Notes: generated by a model not told the origin, from the letters alone. DNA of 36,271 nucleotides from an uncultured Gammaproteobacteria bacterium (GCA_964487825.1 CAZASO010000005.1:1-36271), one strand, 5' to 3'. Counted from the first letter of the stretch, positions 17,383 through 26,488 are shown. Numbers and translations: made by a program.

Positions 17383-18404
17383 ATGACCACATTCAGTATC
17401 ATAACAGTAATCAAAGAAGCTGCAAGTGCGGCCCCAAAAGGTATTTTTTGTCCTTGGATATTGAAACTACGAGTTTGGATGTAGCTAAGGGAGAGAGCAT
17501 ATAGCAAGCCTAATACCGACGCTAGGATTAAAGTGTAGAGGAACTCCCCTCTAGTGAGAGCTGCAACAAAAGCTAACATGGCCACATCTCCACCACCTAG
17601 TATGCTCTCTTGGTTGGGGCTACCGCTAACGAGTTCATTGATATTACCAGAGGCGCTATTGCGATTAGAATTGAAATAAAAATCTATAAAAATTTCATAG
17701 ATTACATAAAGTAGACCAAGTCCCCCTGTGATCATCATTAAAGCTGGTCTCCAAAATATAGCAGCAAGGATAATTAGGCTAAAGACAGCAATGTAAATTT
17801 GGGAAATTCTAAGTCTAAGTTCTTCTTGATGAAAACTAAGGGCGCCGGGTATGATGGCAAGAGCTTTGATCCCGTAATAATAACGGTTACCAAAGTGAGT
17901 GAGCATATCAAAAAAGAAAAAAGCAGAGCCAAGAGCAGCTAGGGAAGAGAGTCCTTCGTTAATCAAGCCCCCATAAACTAAAGCTAGTAAAATCGCACTA
18001 TAGGTTAATTCATGAGGCAGGCTATGTGTCTTGTGGTCTATTACCGCAAGAGCAACTGCGATAGAAATAAAAATTAAAGAGAAGAAAAACTTTTCTGGGG
18101 CAAATTCGAACAATATATGACGAGCGATGAAAGGTAGAGAAAGTACGGTGATGAGAATTTCTATTTGTAGGTAGGATTTGTTGATAACGCTAGAGCAAAA
18201 TCTACATAGACCTTTGAGCAACACATAGCTAAGTATTGGGATATTGTCTTTAATGTGGATTGAGTTCTTGCATTCAGGGCAAAAAGAACCCGGTCTAATG
18301 ATAGATAGCCCAAGTGGGATCCTATAAATCAAAACATTGACAAAGCTCGCAAAAGCAAGGCTTAAGGCGAGAGCAAATAAAGAATAGATAAGTTTGACTA
18401 TCAA
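17379..18404 (-). CDS. pilD: Prepilin peptidase / N-methyltransferase (A24 family)
   Basis: 341-aa polytopic ORF with the Cys-rich motif CPECKNSI...LCRFCSS, the first Asp region (VIDHKTHSLP) and the GGGDVAML catalytic motif. Only TTG is available as the start. Confidence 0.9.
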   Translation of the reverse strand: MIVKLIYSLFALALSLAFASFVNVLIYRIPLGLSIIRPGSFCPECKNSIHIKDNIPILSYVLLKGLCRFCSSVINKSYLQIEILITVLSLPFIARHILFEFAPEKFFFSLIFISIAVALAVIDHKTHSLPHELTYSAILLALVYGGLINEGLSSLAALGSAFFFFDMLTHFGNRYYYGIKALAIIPGALSFHQEELRLRISQIYIAVFSLIILAAIFWRPALMMITGGLGLLYVIYEIFIDFYFNSNRNSASGNINELVSGSPNQESILGGGDVAMLAFVAALTRGEFLYTLILASVLGLLYALSLSYIQTRSFNIQGQKIPFGAALAASLITVMILNVVI

Positions 18405-18429
18405 ACAAGTCTATTATAATAGTTAGGTC

Positions 18430-18861
18430 TTGAAAGCACTAGAAATAGCATATTTGGGCTTAGGTTCTAATTTGGGCGACAGGGAAGCCCAACTGCTACT
18501 CGCTAGCAAAGCTTTATCAGAATTACCCAAGACGAAGATCTTAGCCCAGTCTTCATGGCTAGAGAATCCTGCGATAGAAGAAGCAGGACCTTATGATTTT
18601 TTGAATACCGTTGTTCAGATAGAAACTGCTTTGGGACCCCGAGATTTATTAGCTTATATTCGTGAGATAGAGCGAAATATAGACCCAGAGCGGGATACTA
18701 GGGGCCGCAAATTGGCTCGTAAGATTGATATAGATATTTTAATTTTTGGGGATTTGGAGCTGGACGAGGCTGATTTGCAACTACCTCACCCTCGTATGCT
18801 AGAAAGAGATTTTGTGATGAAGGCTTTGTATGAAATAGCCCCAGATTTGAGGATTGACTAA
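18430..18861 (+). CDS. folK: 2-amino-4-hydroxy-6-hydroxymethyldihydropteridine diphosphokinase (HPPK)
   Basis: 143-aa ORF with HPPK motifs (AYLGLGSNLGDR, RKIDIDILIFG, LQLPHPRMLERDFV). TTG start. Confidence 0.9.
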   Translation: MKALEIAYLGLGSNLGDREAQLLLASKALSELPKTKILAQSSWLENPAIEEAGPYDFLNTVVQIETALGPRDLLAYIREIERNIDPERDTRGRKLARKIDIDILIFGDLELDEADLQLPHPRMLERDFVMKALYEIAPDLRID

Positions 18862-19404
18862 GTGGAAAACTTCTTACAAGCTAATCCTAGATTCCGTTTG
18901 CGTAAAATGACTCTTCAGGATATTCCTGCGATTATGGCTATAGAACCCCAAGCTTTTGGTACTCATCACTGGACGGCTGCAAATTTTATCAGAGAACTAG
19001 ACAATCCCATCGCATTGTATTTGGTTGCAGAAAGTTTGGAGTCCGAGCTATTAGCTTATATAGGTTCTTGGATAGTCTGTGATGAGTTGCATATAGTAAC
19101 TTTGGCTGTAGACCCCAAAGCTCGTCGCCAAGGGCTTGCAGAGGCTTTGTTGTTGGCTTTGCTGGATTTTGCTTTGTGTCAATCTATTAGAGCTGTAACC
19201 CTAGAGGTACGCTTGAGTAATCTTGCTGCTCAAGAGCTATATCGCAAATATTCTTTTCATAGACAGGGTTTGCGTCCTAATTATTATGAGGACAATAAAG
19301 AACCTGCGCTGTTGTTGTGGACTGAAGATTTGGATACAGAGAGTTTCCAAGAACAGTTCAAAGCTAATCTAGAAGCCTACTCTAAGAGACAGCTTCTGGG
19401 CTAA
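18862..19404 (+). CDS. rimI: Ribosomal-protein-alanine N-acetyltransferase (GNAT)
   Basis: 180-aa ORF whose GTG start abuts the folK stop. RimI-like features: FRLRKMTLQDIPAIMAIE..AF, a GNAT motif A (LAVDPKARRQGLAEALL), LEVR.SN..A..LY.K..F and Y.Y at the C-terminal region. Confidence 0.8.
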   Translation: MENFLQANPRFRLRKMTLQDIPAIMAIEPQAFGTHHWTAANFIRELDNPIALYLVAESLESELLAYIGSWIVCDELHIVTLAVDPKARRQGLAEALLLALLDFALCQSIRAVTLEVRLSNLAAQELYRKYSFHRQGLRPNYYEDNKEPALLLWTEDLDTESFQEQFKANLEAYSKRQLLG

Positions 19405-19939
19405 GCCGCTCTTGGAGTTTACTTAGGTCTTTTTGTAGGACATCTTGTAAGGCGCTTTGTGTAGCTCCAGTTTGACCTTGATAATTACTTTTAGAGTGTT
19501 TTTTCTTACCGTAAGGTCTAAGGACTGGTAAATTGCGATAAAAAATCATTTGAGCTATAGCAGTGCCTGCTCTAAGAGTCAAAGGGCAGTTGCCTTGGTT
19601 AGTAAGTTCTACTACAGCCTCACCCTGAAAACCACTATCGAAGAGCCCTGCAGACTCCACATAGAGCCCAAGTCTAGCCCAAGAGCTTTTGCCTTGGAGG
19701 ACACCATGGATATTGCGCGGAAAATAAAAATATTCTTGGGTGGTAGCGAGAATAAAATCTCCCGGTGCAAGCACGGTGTAATCAGCTTCAAATGTCTCAA
19801 AATCACCATCTGTTTTTTGTCTAGCAAAAGATCTAGCAAGATGAACATCTAGGCTATTGGGTTGTAGGGCTTTGGCTTGATAATTATCTATGCGCATTAA
19901 GCCTAGTTTGCGATATAAACTAATTTGCCAATCTGTCAT
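19382..19939 (-). CDS. dcd: dCTP deaminase
   Basis: Dcd/dUTPase-fold motifs are present (GKSSWARLGL.V.SAG..D.GF.G....EL.N). The homologous N-terminus begins at ATG 19939 (MTDWQI...). The track start at 20011 would add a 24-aa hydrophobic extension that I do not expect in Dcd. Confidence 0.8.
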   Translation of the reverse strand: MTDWQISLYRKLGLMRIDNYQAKALQPNSLDVHLARSFARQKTDGDFETFEADYTVLAPGDFILATTQEYFYFPRNIHGVLQGKSSWARLGLYVESAGLFDSGFQGEAVVELTNQGNCPLTLRAGTAIAQMIFYRNLPVLRPYGKKKHSKSNYQGQTGATQSALQDVLQKDLSKLQERLSPEAVS

Positions 19940-20032
19940 ATTGCCAGCAGCAATAAAGCTGAGATGAAGTAAATAAGCGATTCCTAGAATAATTAAGAGG
20001 CTAAAGAGCATATTGGACTTATGGTATCAAGT

Positions 20033-21097
20033 TTAGACATTCGCTGTTGTACTAATAAGATTCCTAAGTTCATCTACTTTAGATGAGCGAGCAAGAGCAT
20101 CTTCTAGTCTAATCTTCCCAGCGTTGTATAGCTCAGCTAGAGCGGCTTCTAGGGTTTGCATGCCTTCTTTGCGTCCTGTTTGGATGGCGCTGTAAATTTG
20201 TGAGGTTTTTGTTTCACGGATAAGATTGGCAATGGCTGGGGTTACTATCATGGTCTCCATAGCCATAACCCTGCCGCCACCTATTTTGGGGACTAGAGTT
20301 TGGCTGAGAACTGCTTTGAGGGAATTGCTGAGCTGTATGCGGACTTGAGTCTGCTGGCTGGGAGGAAAGACATCTATTAGACGATCTAAAGTTTGGGCTG
20401 CAGAGCTAGTGTGTAAAGTTCCGAAGACCAAGTGACCAGTTTCAGCAGCTCTAACGGCTAGAGAGATGGTCTCTAGATCTCGCATTTCTCCTATAAGTAT
20501 TACATCAGGATCCTCTCTGAGAGCGGCTCTCAGGGCAGAGCTAAAAGACTCACAGTCAGATCCTATCTCGCGCTGATTAATAATGCTTTTTTTGGAGCGA
20601 TGAACAAACTCTATGGGATCTTCTACTGTAAGTATATGTTCAGATCTATGAGTGTTCACCCAATCCATGATCGCAGCTAGGGTTGTGGATTTGCCTGAGC
20701 CAGTAGGTCCTGTTACCAAAACCAGTCCACGAGGGAGTTTGGCGACTTCTTTGGCGGTGTCTGGCAAACCTAGAGTCTCCAAAGGAGGTATAGTCTCGGT
20801 GATAGTTCTTAAGGCCGCGGCATAACCAGTTCTATCTTTGTAGATATTGACCCTGAAGCGACCTTGGCCTTCTAAACCATAAGAACAATCTACATCCAAA
20901 TGTTTTTCTAGATGATCCCGATGTTTTTCGCTTAGTAGTGAATAGCATAAGGCTTTGACTTGTTCGTAGTTGAGAGGAGCGAATTCAGTTCTAATAAGAT
21001 GACCATCAATTCTAAGTATCGGTGGTTCATTAGTTGCAAGGTGTAAATCACTCGCCTTGTTATCTAAAACTAATTTCAGCAGTTTGTCTATCATCAC
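20033..21097 (-). CDS. pilT: Type IV pilus retraction ATPase PilT
   Basis: 354-aa ORF with Walker A (GPTGSGKST), Asp box, Walker B (ILIGEMRD), His box (TGHLVFGTLHT) and the PilT-specific AIANLIRE motif. Confidence 0.9.
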   Translation of the reverse strand: MMIDKLLKLVLDNKASDLHLATNEPPILRIDGHLIRTEFAPLNYEQVKALCYSLLSEKHRDHLEKHLDVDCSYGLEGQGRFRVNIYKDRTGYAAALRTITETIPPLETLGLPDTAKEVAKLPRGLVLVTGPTGSGKSTTLAAIMDWVNTHRSEHILTVEDPIEFVHRSKKSIINQREIGSDCESFSSALRAALREDPDVILIGEMRDLETISLAVRAAETGHLVFGTLHTSSAAQTLDRLIDVFPPSQQTQVRIQLSNSLKAVLSQTLVPKIGGGRVMAMETMIVTPAIANLIRETKTSQIYSAIQTGRKEGMQTLEAALAELYNAGKIRLEDALARSSKVDELRNLISTTANV

Positions 21098-21119
21098 TAT
21101 TAATCATAGCTCAGCTTTT

Positions 21120-22223
21120 TTAGCTGGCAAGTTGGCTTAGTACCCTATAGGTAGTTTCCAGTACTGCTGCTGGTTTGGGGGCTGAACTTTTGAGGATCAG
21201 GAAAGAACCTTGATATTTGCTGATCATATACCAATCATTAGCCTGTTTGAAAACTAATTGACAGAGTTCGCCAGTTTGATTTTGTTTAGAGAAATCATCA
21301 AAGGCATAAAAAATATCTAAGAGCTGAGATTTCTCTGCGCTGCGCCAATGAAAGACCGTATCTTCTAGGCTTTGACCTTTGAGGTTCATGCAGAGTGCTT
21401 CGTCGATTTTGAAATCTATATTATTCAGAAGGCTTTGTTCTAGCTGTTCTAGTTTGTTTTTGTCAGAGCTTTCACTCTCGGGTTCTTGTTTATATACAGA
21501 GGCGAGGCTTTCTTCAGTTTTGTGTATAGGAGCGAGACTCTCTTCAGTTTTAGTCTGGGGACTTGTCTCTGAGTTCGCGGCTCCAATTTGCTCTAAGAAG
21601 GCTATCTGTTCTGCTGAAAGGGTTTGAGCTGTCTGGGTGATAGGCTCGGAGATTTCTTCAAGTACACTTACTTGTTGATTTGCTTCTGGTACTTTGATCT
21701 CAGAAGTATTGGCTTTGCTAATCTCGCCAACATACTCTAAGTCATTAGGTGCTTTAATTATAAGGTCTTCTTCTATATTGATATTTGAAGGGCTTGGATT
21801 TTTGTTGCTATCTGTTACAGGCTTTGCTGTTTCTTGTGGGAGTATGGCTAAGAAAAGAAAACTTAAAATATTGATGATAATCAAGCCGCTAATATTAGTT
21901 GAAACCAGCTCAGGGAAAGGAAAAGGTAACCAAGCTACTGTATCTGTGATCTCTCCGAAACTAAATAGTTTATTGGGTATGGGCATGAAAGTAAGAAGAG
22001 AAAAATTAATTACTAGAAAACTGATGTAATATCTGCTCATGCGCATTAAGCTGACATAGTTAGCTTTTGGGAAGGCTAAAAGTACAAACATAAATACCAG
22101 AGCTAATTGGGCTGTGCAGAGGCTTAGTACTGGCAAGCTTCTATGCCAAAACGCAGGGATAAAGGCAATTAGAGCAGAACTGAGAGCTGCACAAAAGATG
22201 GTGATAATAAGTCTTCCTAGCAT
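21120..22223 (-). CDS. Hypothetical membrane protein: ~4 TM helices, acidic low-complexity linker with a tandem repeat, C-terminal alpha/beta domain
   Basis: 367-aa ORF between pheT and pilT, sharing a TAATG overlap at 22223 with pheT. The N-terminal 130 aa are hydrophobic. The linker contains KTEESLAPIH/KTEESLASVY. The C-terminal ~105 aa have a Roadblock/LC7-like hydrophobic pattern, judged by eye only. Confidence 0.6.
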   Translation of the reverse strand: MLGRLIITIFCAALSSALIAFIPAFWHRSLPVLSLCTAQLALVFMFVLLAFPKANYVSLMRMSRYYISFLVINFSLLTFMPIPNKLFSFGEITDTVAWLPFPFPELVSTNISGLIIINILSFLFLAILPQETAKPVTDSNKNPSPSNINIEEDLIIKAPNDLEYVGEISKANTSEIKVPEANQQVSVLEEISEPITQTAQTLSAEQIAFLEQIGAANSETSPQTKTEESLAPIHKTEESLASVYKQEPESESSDKNKLEQLEQSLLNNIDFKIDEALCMNLKGQSLEDTVFHWRSAEKSQLLDIFYAFDDFSKQNQTGELCQLVFKQANDWYMISKYQGSFLILKSSAPKPAAVLETTYRVLSQLAS

Positions 22224-24751
22224 TAGACTAATCTAAATGTAACCCCAAGCTCCCTCTCAAGCAAGTTTTTGATGCTAGAAACATTGTTATCAATCTCTTC
22301 GCCGCTCAGAGTGCCTTCAAGGGATTGCCATTTGAGTCTATAACTAAGACTAAGAGGACTGAGAGAGTTTTTTTGATAGCGAGAGAGTAGCTTGATGTTT
22401 TTGGCTTTGGATTCTCTGTTCATTAGTTCTAGGATTTGGCTGGACTCCAATCTCGGAGCTAATTCTGGGTTTATATCTACAGTAATATCCCTCTCTATGA
22501 TAGGGGTGCTTGCAATATCTTGGAAGCAGGGTTTGTTTGTGTTGTGTACGACATCCAACTCAAATATATAGACATCATCTGCTAAACCTAATTCTTTGCT
22601 GATACGAGGATGTAGTTTGGCTATAAAACCGATGTTTTTTTGGTTTAACCTTACATAGGCAAGTGTTCCCGGGTGACTAAACTCAAGGGCTCTATTGAAT
22701 TTATCAGGAGCTTTAGATGAGAAGCTAGCTTGAGGGTAGAGATTCTCTATGATGGATTTGAATTCATAAAAATCATTTGATGCATCTTGCTGCTCATTCC
22801 AGTGTTTGCTGGTTTTGACTAGAATGGCAGCGACTTGAGATTTTTCGATACTAGAAGTTTCTTTGTTGATTTGAGCGTTGAGGCTAGAAGCTAGTTCAGG
22901 ATTGGCTTTAAAGTAGATCTTGCCAGTCTCAAAAAGTCTAATATCTAGGGATCTATCATAAGCATAATTACGACTAGCAGCTTGTATGAGTCCATGTAAG
23001 AGAGATTGTCTTAGCATGGAATGCTCTGAAGACAGTGGGTTGAGCATGCTGATAGCATGCTCTTCTAGTCCATTAAGACTTTTGGCGACAAGACTGCTGA
23101 GTATGGCTTGAGAAAAGCCAGAAGCAACTAAGATATCTTGGATTGTTTGCTTTGAGTTGTGATTATTTTTGCTAAGTAGGGCTCTGGGAGCACTATTGGG
23201 GATTTTGTCGAAGCCATATAGCCTTGCAATTTCTTCTACTAAATCTATGGATCTTCGTAGGTCATTTTGCCGAAAGCTAGCGATACTAAAAGCAAGAGAA
23301 TCTGTTTTTGAGGTTGTCTGATATTTTAGGCCTAAAGGCTCAAGAGTGGAGATGATAAGTTCTGGATTGAGTTGAAGTCCTAAATATCTGGTTATATCCT
23401 GAGTTTTGAGTTCAACTATTTGTTCGGGGACTTGATCATCTCCGCATTGTTGAATGCTACTGATGGAGAGCTTTTGACCCTGTTCTTCTGCAATATCTAG
23501 GAGTAAAGACAAGGCTCGAAGAAGAGCTAAGCGACTAGTTGCTCTATCTACACCTCTTTCAAATCTGCGTTTGGATTCGGAATCTATTCCAGCGGCTCTG
23601 GCTGAACGCCTTACACTAGCAGCATTGAAAGCTGCTGCTTCAATGATGATGCTCTGGGTTGAGCTTGAGACTTGGCTTCTATGTCCGCCCATAACTCCAG
23701 CGAGACATTCTGGTCCAGCAGCATCTGCTATCACAAGGTTAATAGGGTTTAATAGATAGTCTAGATCTTTGAGAGATTTGAAAGCCTCACTGGGACTGGC
23801 TTTACGGGCTGTGAGTGTGTCTCCTTGCAGCCGATCTCTGTCATAAAAATGCAAAGGTTGTCCTAATTCTAGTAGTACATAGTTGCTCACATCTACTAGG
23901 TTGTTGATGGAGTTTTGTCCTAGAGCTTCTAGTCTTTCTTTGAGCCAAGCGGGTGATTCTTGAACTTGCAAGCCTTCCACTGCGACAGTAAAAAAAACAG
24001 AACAATCATTAAAATCCTCTATCTGGGGTTTTATGTTTTTGATCTTGGGGTCTTCTTGGATACTTCGAAGCGGGATTGGAGTAAGAGGAGCATTAATACC
24101 CCTAGACCTTAATAGGGCAGAGATCTCTCTAGCTTGCCCGTAGATAGAGAGAGCATCACCACGATTACTGCGGGCCCCTATATCAAAAACATAATCTGTT
24201 TTGAAACCCAAGACTTCGGCGATAGGAGTCCCGAGTTGTAGCTTAGAAGCTAGGTCTGGGATTTCTGGATTATTTGGGTCATAGAGTATGTAGATACCAT
24301 CTCCTTGTTGCTCCTTGATATTCTCGATATTGCTCAAACCCAATTCCTCTGCGGCACAGAGCATGCCGTTACTTTCGACACCGCGAATTTTAGATTTACG
24401 AATTTCTAGGAGAGAGTGATTTTTTCTGTCTACTACTTTAGAACCTATGTAGGCGACAGGAATTCTTTGCCCAACTTTGATATTACGAGCCCCGCAGACT
24501 ATCTGCTCTATGTGTTCGCTAGCATCTGCGTTATAGCCTATGCAAGTCTCTGTGATTTGGAGTTTGTCTGCATCTGGATGTTTGGTTATAGATCTGATCT
24601 CTCCTAGAACTATAGGACCCTCCAAAGGATTGCCTATCTTTTGAAGCTCTTCTACCTCGAAGGCTCTTTTACTCAGTTCGCTAGCAAGCTCTTCAGGACT
24701 AAGTTTGCTGATATCGACATAATCTTGGAGCCAAGAGAGAGAGACTTTCAT
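22223..24751 (-). CDS. pheT: Phenylalanine--tRNA ligase beta subunit
   Basis: 842-aa ORF with the typical start MKVSLSWL.DYVD, an N-terminal tRNA-binding (EMAP-like) domain, B3/4, B5 and FDX-ACB regions. No pheS is adjacent. Confidence 0.95.
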   Translation of the reverse strand: MKVSLSWLQDYVDISKLSPEELASELSKRAFEVEELQKIGNPLEGPIVLGEIRSITKHPDADKLQITETCIGYNADASEHIEQIVCGARNIKVGQRIPVAYIGSKVVDRKNHSLLEIRKSKIRGVESNGMLCAAEELGLSNIENIKEQQGDGIYILYDPNNPEIPDLASKLQLGTPIAEVLGFKTDYVFDIGARSNRGDALSIYGQAREISALLRSRGINAPLTPIPLRSIQEDPKIKNIKPQIEDFNDCSVFFTVAVEGLQVQESPAWLKERLEALGQNSINNLVDVSNYVLLELGQPLHFYDRDRLQGDTLTARKASPSEAFKSLKDLDYLLNPINLVIADAAGPECLAGVMGGHRSQVSSSTQSIIIEAAAFNAASVRRSARAAGIDSESKRRFERGVDRATSRLALLRALSLLLDIAEEQGQKLSISSIQQCGDDQVPEQIVELKTQDITRYLGLQLNPELIISTLEPLGLKYQTTSKTDSLAFSIASFRQNDLRRSIDLVEEIARLYGFDKIPNSAPRALLSKNNHNSKQTIQDILVASGFSQAILSSLVAKSLNGLEEHAISMLNPLSSEHSMLRQSLLHGLIQAASRNYAYDRSLDIRLFETGKIYFKANPELASSLNAQINKETSSIEKSQVAAILVKTSKHWNEQQDASNDFYEFKSIIENLYPQASFSSKAPDKFNRALEFSHPGTLAYVRLNQKNIGFIAKLHPRISKELGLADDVYIFELDVVHNTNKPCFQDIASTPIIERDITVDINPELAPRLESSQILELMNRESKAKNIKLLSRYQKNSLSPLSLSYRLKWQSLEGTLSGEEIDNNVSSIKNLLERELGVTFRLV

Positions 24752-24848
24752 AAGGATTCATTTTAACATTACACTATTACATAAGACTTGTTGCCAAATC
24801 GTCAAGAATAAGGCTTATGGGTCAGAGGCGAGGCAATAAGTCTATAGT

Positions 24849-25319
24849 ATGAGAGTAGAGTTTGAGAAGATTAATAAAGAACATCAAGAGATCTATCCTC
24901 GCTTAGAAGCTTTACTATTGAGTTTGACTAAATTCAAGAATGAGATGGATAATCAAAAATTTTTGCAAGAACTTGAAGTCCTCTTGATTTATGTCTCTGA
25001 AATTTTAGAACAACATTTTAGAGAAGAAGAAAAAAGTTTTTTTGTTCTTCTTCAGAGTTTTGATAGAGAGAGACTTATGGCTGATCATGAGGATATCAGA
25101 AGCAAATATAGTAAACTCAGGGAACACTATTTAGATTTGCAAAAACAAAGTAAGTTTGATGATTTTGTGCAAAAAGATCTCAAAGAATCTAGCTTGTATC
25201 CAGCCTACAATCTCATAGCTTCTATCACTCATCATGCTCAAAGAGAAGATAACTTGATTTGTCAGACAAAGCCAAAATCTCCCAAATCCCTTGAGTCACC
25301 GCCAAAGCTTCTTCTATGA
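24849..25319 (+). CDS. Hemerythrin-like (HHE cation-binding) domain protein, tentative
   Basis: 156-aa helical ORF with spaced H/E motifs (KEHQEI, EQHFREEE, ADHEDI, THHAQRED). The 3' end overlaps the convergent astB by 95 nt. Confidence 0.45.
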   Translation: MRVEFEKINKEHQEIYPRLEALLLSLTKFKNEMDNQKFLQELEVLLIYVSEILEQHFREEEKSFFVLLQSFDRERLMADHEDIRSKYSKLREHYLDLQKQSKFDDFVQKDLKESSLYPAYNLIASITHHAQREDNLICQTKPKSPKSLESPPKLLL

Positions 25320-26487
25320 AGTTGTGATCTGTTAAGTCGCTAGGACTGAGTTCTTCTCTATAGTGTTTGCTGATGTAAGTTTTAAGTTCTTTGTAGAGAT
25401 CCTCTGTAAAGATGACACTAGGTTTGATGCTTTGAAACTCAGTCTCAGAGAGGCTTAGGCGCAACCTTAGGCAAGCTGGTCCTCCTCCATTGCGCATGCT
25501 TTCTCTAAGATCTATGTATTTTACTTGCTTGATGGGGTTGTCCCCACCTAGGATTTGTTTTTCTATGTATTTGCGAACCCTGCTCAGTTCTTGGGATTCT
25601 TGGGGTGCAAGTAATAAAAAATCATCGGGAGCAAGAGAGACTATCTGGGAGTTATACAGATAGGATTTTACTGCGTCTTCTAGGCTAAGCTCGGATTCGG
25701 ATGCAGCGATAAGATACAAGTCTCTCTCTGACTCTATTTGAGACCATTTGTCTTGAAGCTCTCCGATAACTGACTCTGTGTTTGTAAAAGCAAGTTCGTG
25801 ATACAGAAAAACATTGAGATGACTAGTGCTGATGACATCGTTGTGGAAGACTCCAGCATCAATAGCATCTGGGTTCTGTTGAGCGAAGACACAACGCTCC
25901 ATATCTAGAAGATGCTGAGAAGCTATAAGCTGAGAAGCGCTCAGAGACTGGCGACTAGGGTAATGTTTGGAGATTTGCTTATCACTGTGTCCGTAGACGA
26001 ACATTTCTATGCCAGTATGCCCAGCACTAAAACGACAGTGATTAGCTGCACCTTCGTCTGGATGTTCTGGGGCTAAGGGTGCATGTATCTCAAAATATTT
26101 AGGGTCTTGAAAAATTTGTTTAAAGATCTCATAGTTGTAACTGGCTTCTATGGAGCGATGTTTGGAACTTACAAGATTGGCTATGCTGATGTGTATTTTG
26201 CGGTCGGCACAATCTAGGCTAGGTGATACCGTTGCAGCATTGGCACACCACATAGAAGATGCTGAGTAGAAGGCAGCTTGCAAACCCTGTGCTGGTCTAG
26301 GTTGTGGGGGGATGATGCCTTGAGGAAGCCCCAAATCATAGAGGTAGCGCATTTTGTCTAATCCTTGAAGGGCTGCTCTGGAGGGGCTAGAGATGAGCCC
26401 AGCGTTATTGATGGAGGCTAGATTGCCAGAACCTAAACCTGCGTAATTATGAGTAGGACCGACTAGCCCATCGAAATTAATTTCCAT
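25225..26487 (-). CDS. astB: N-succinylarginine dihydrolase
   Basis: 420-aa ORF with the AstB N-terminus (EINFDGLVGPTHNYAGLG.GN.AS) and a C-terminal GGGPACLRLR motif containing the catalytic Cys. Confidence 0.9.
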   Translation of the reverse strand: MEINFDGLVGPTHNYAGLGSGNLASINNAGLISSPSRAALQGLDKMRYLYDLGLPQGIIPPQPRPAQGLQAAFYSASSMWCANAATVSPSLDCADRKIHISIANLVSSKHRSIEASYNYEIFKQIFQDPKYFEIHAPLAPEHPDEGAANHCRFSAGHTGIEMFVYGHSDKQISKHYPSRQSLSASQLIASQHLLDMERCVFAQQNPDAIDAGVFHNDVISTSHLNVFLYHELAFTNTESVIGELQDKWSQIESERDLYLIAASESELSLEDAVKSYLYNSQIVSLAPDDFLLLAPQESQELSRVRKYIEKQILGGDNPIKQVKYIDLRESMRNGGGPACLRLRLSLSETEFQSIKPSVIFTEDLYKELKTYISKHYREELSPSDLTDHNFIEEALAVTQGIWEILALSDKSSYLLFEHDE

Positions 26488-26488
26488 T

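Noticed and set aside
19940-20011. 24-aa hydrophobic N-terminal extension on dCTP deaminase, which would make it membrane-anchored.
   Set aside because: Homology to Dcd begins at the internal ATG 19939, and soluble Dcd proteins have no TM helix. I cannot fully exclude the extension, so the alternative start is noted in the feature evidence.
21501-21558. Tandem ~30-bp repeat considered as a CRISPR-like or VNTR array.
   Set aside because: There are only two imperfect, directly adjacent copies with no spacers, and they are in-frame within a coding low-complexity linker. It is not a CRISPR array. It is reported only as part of the ORF description.
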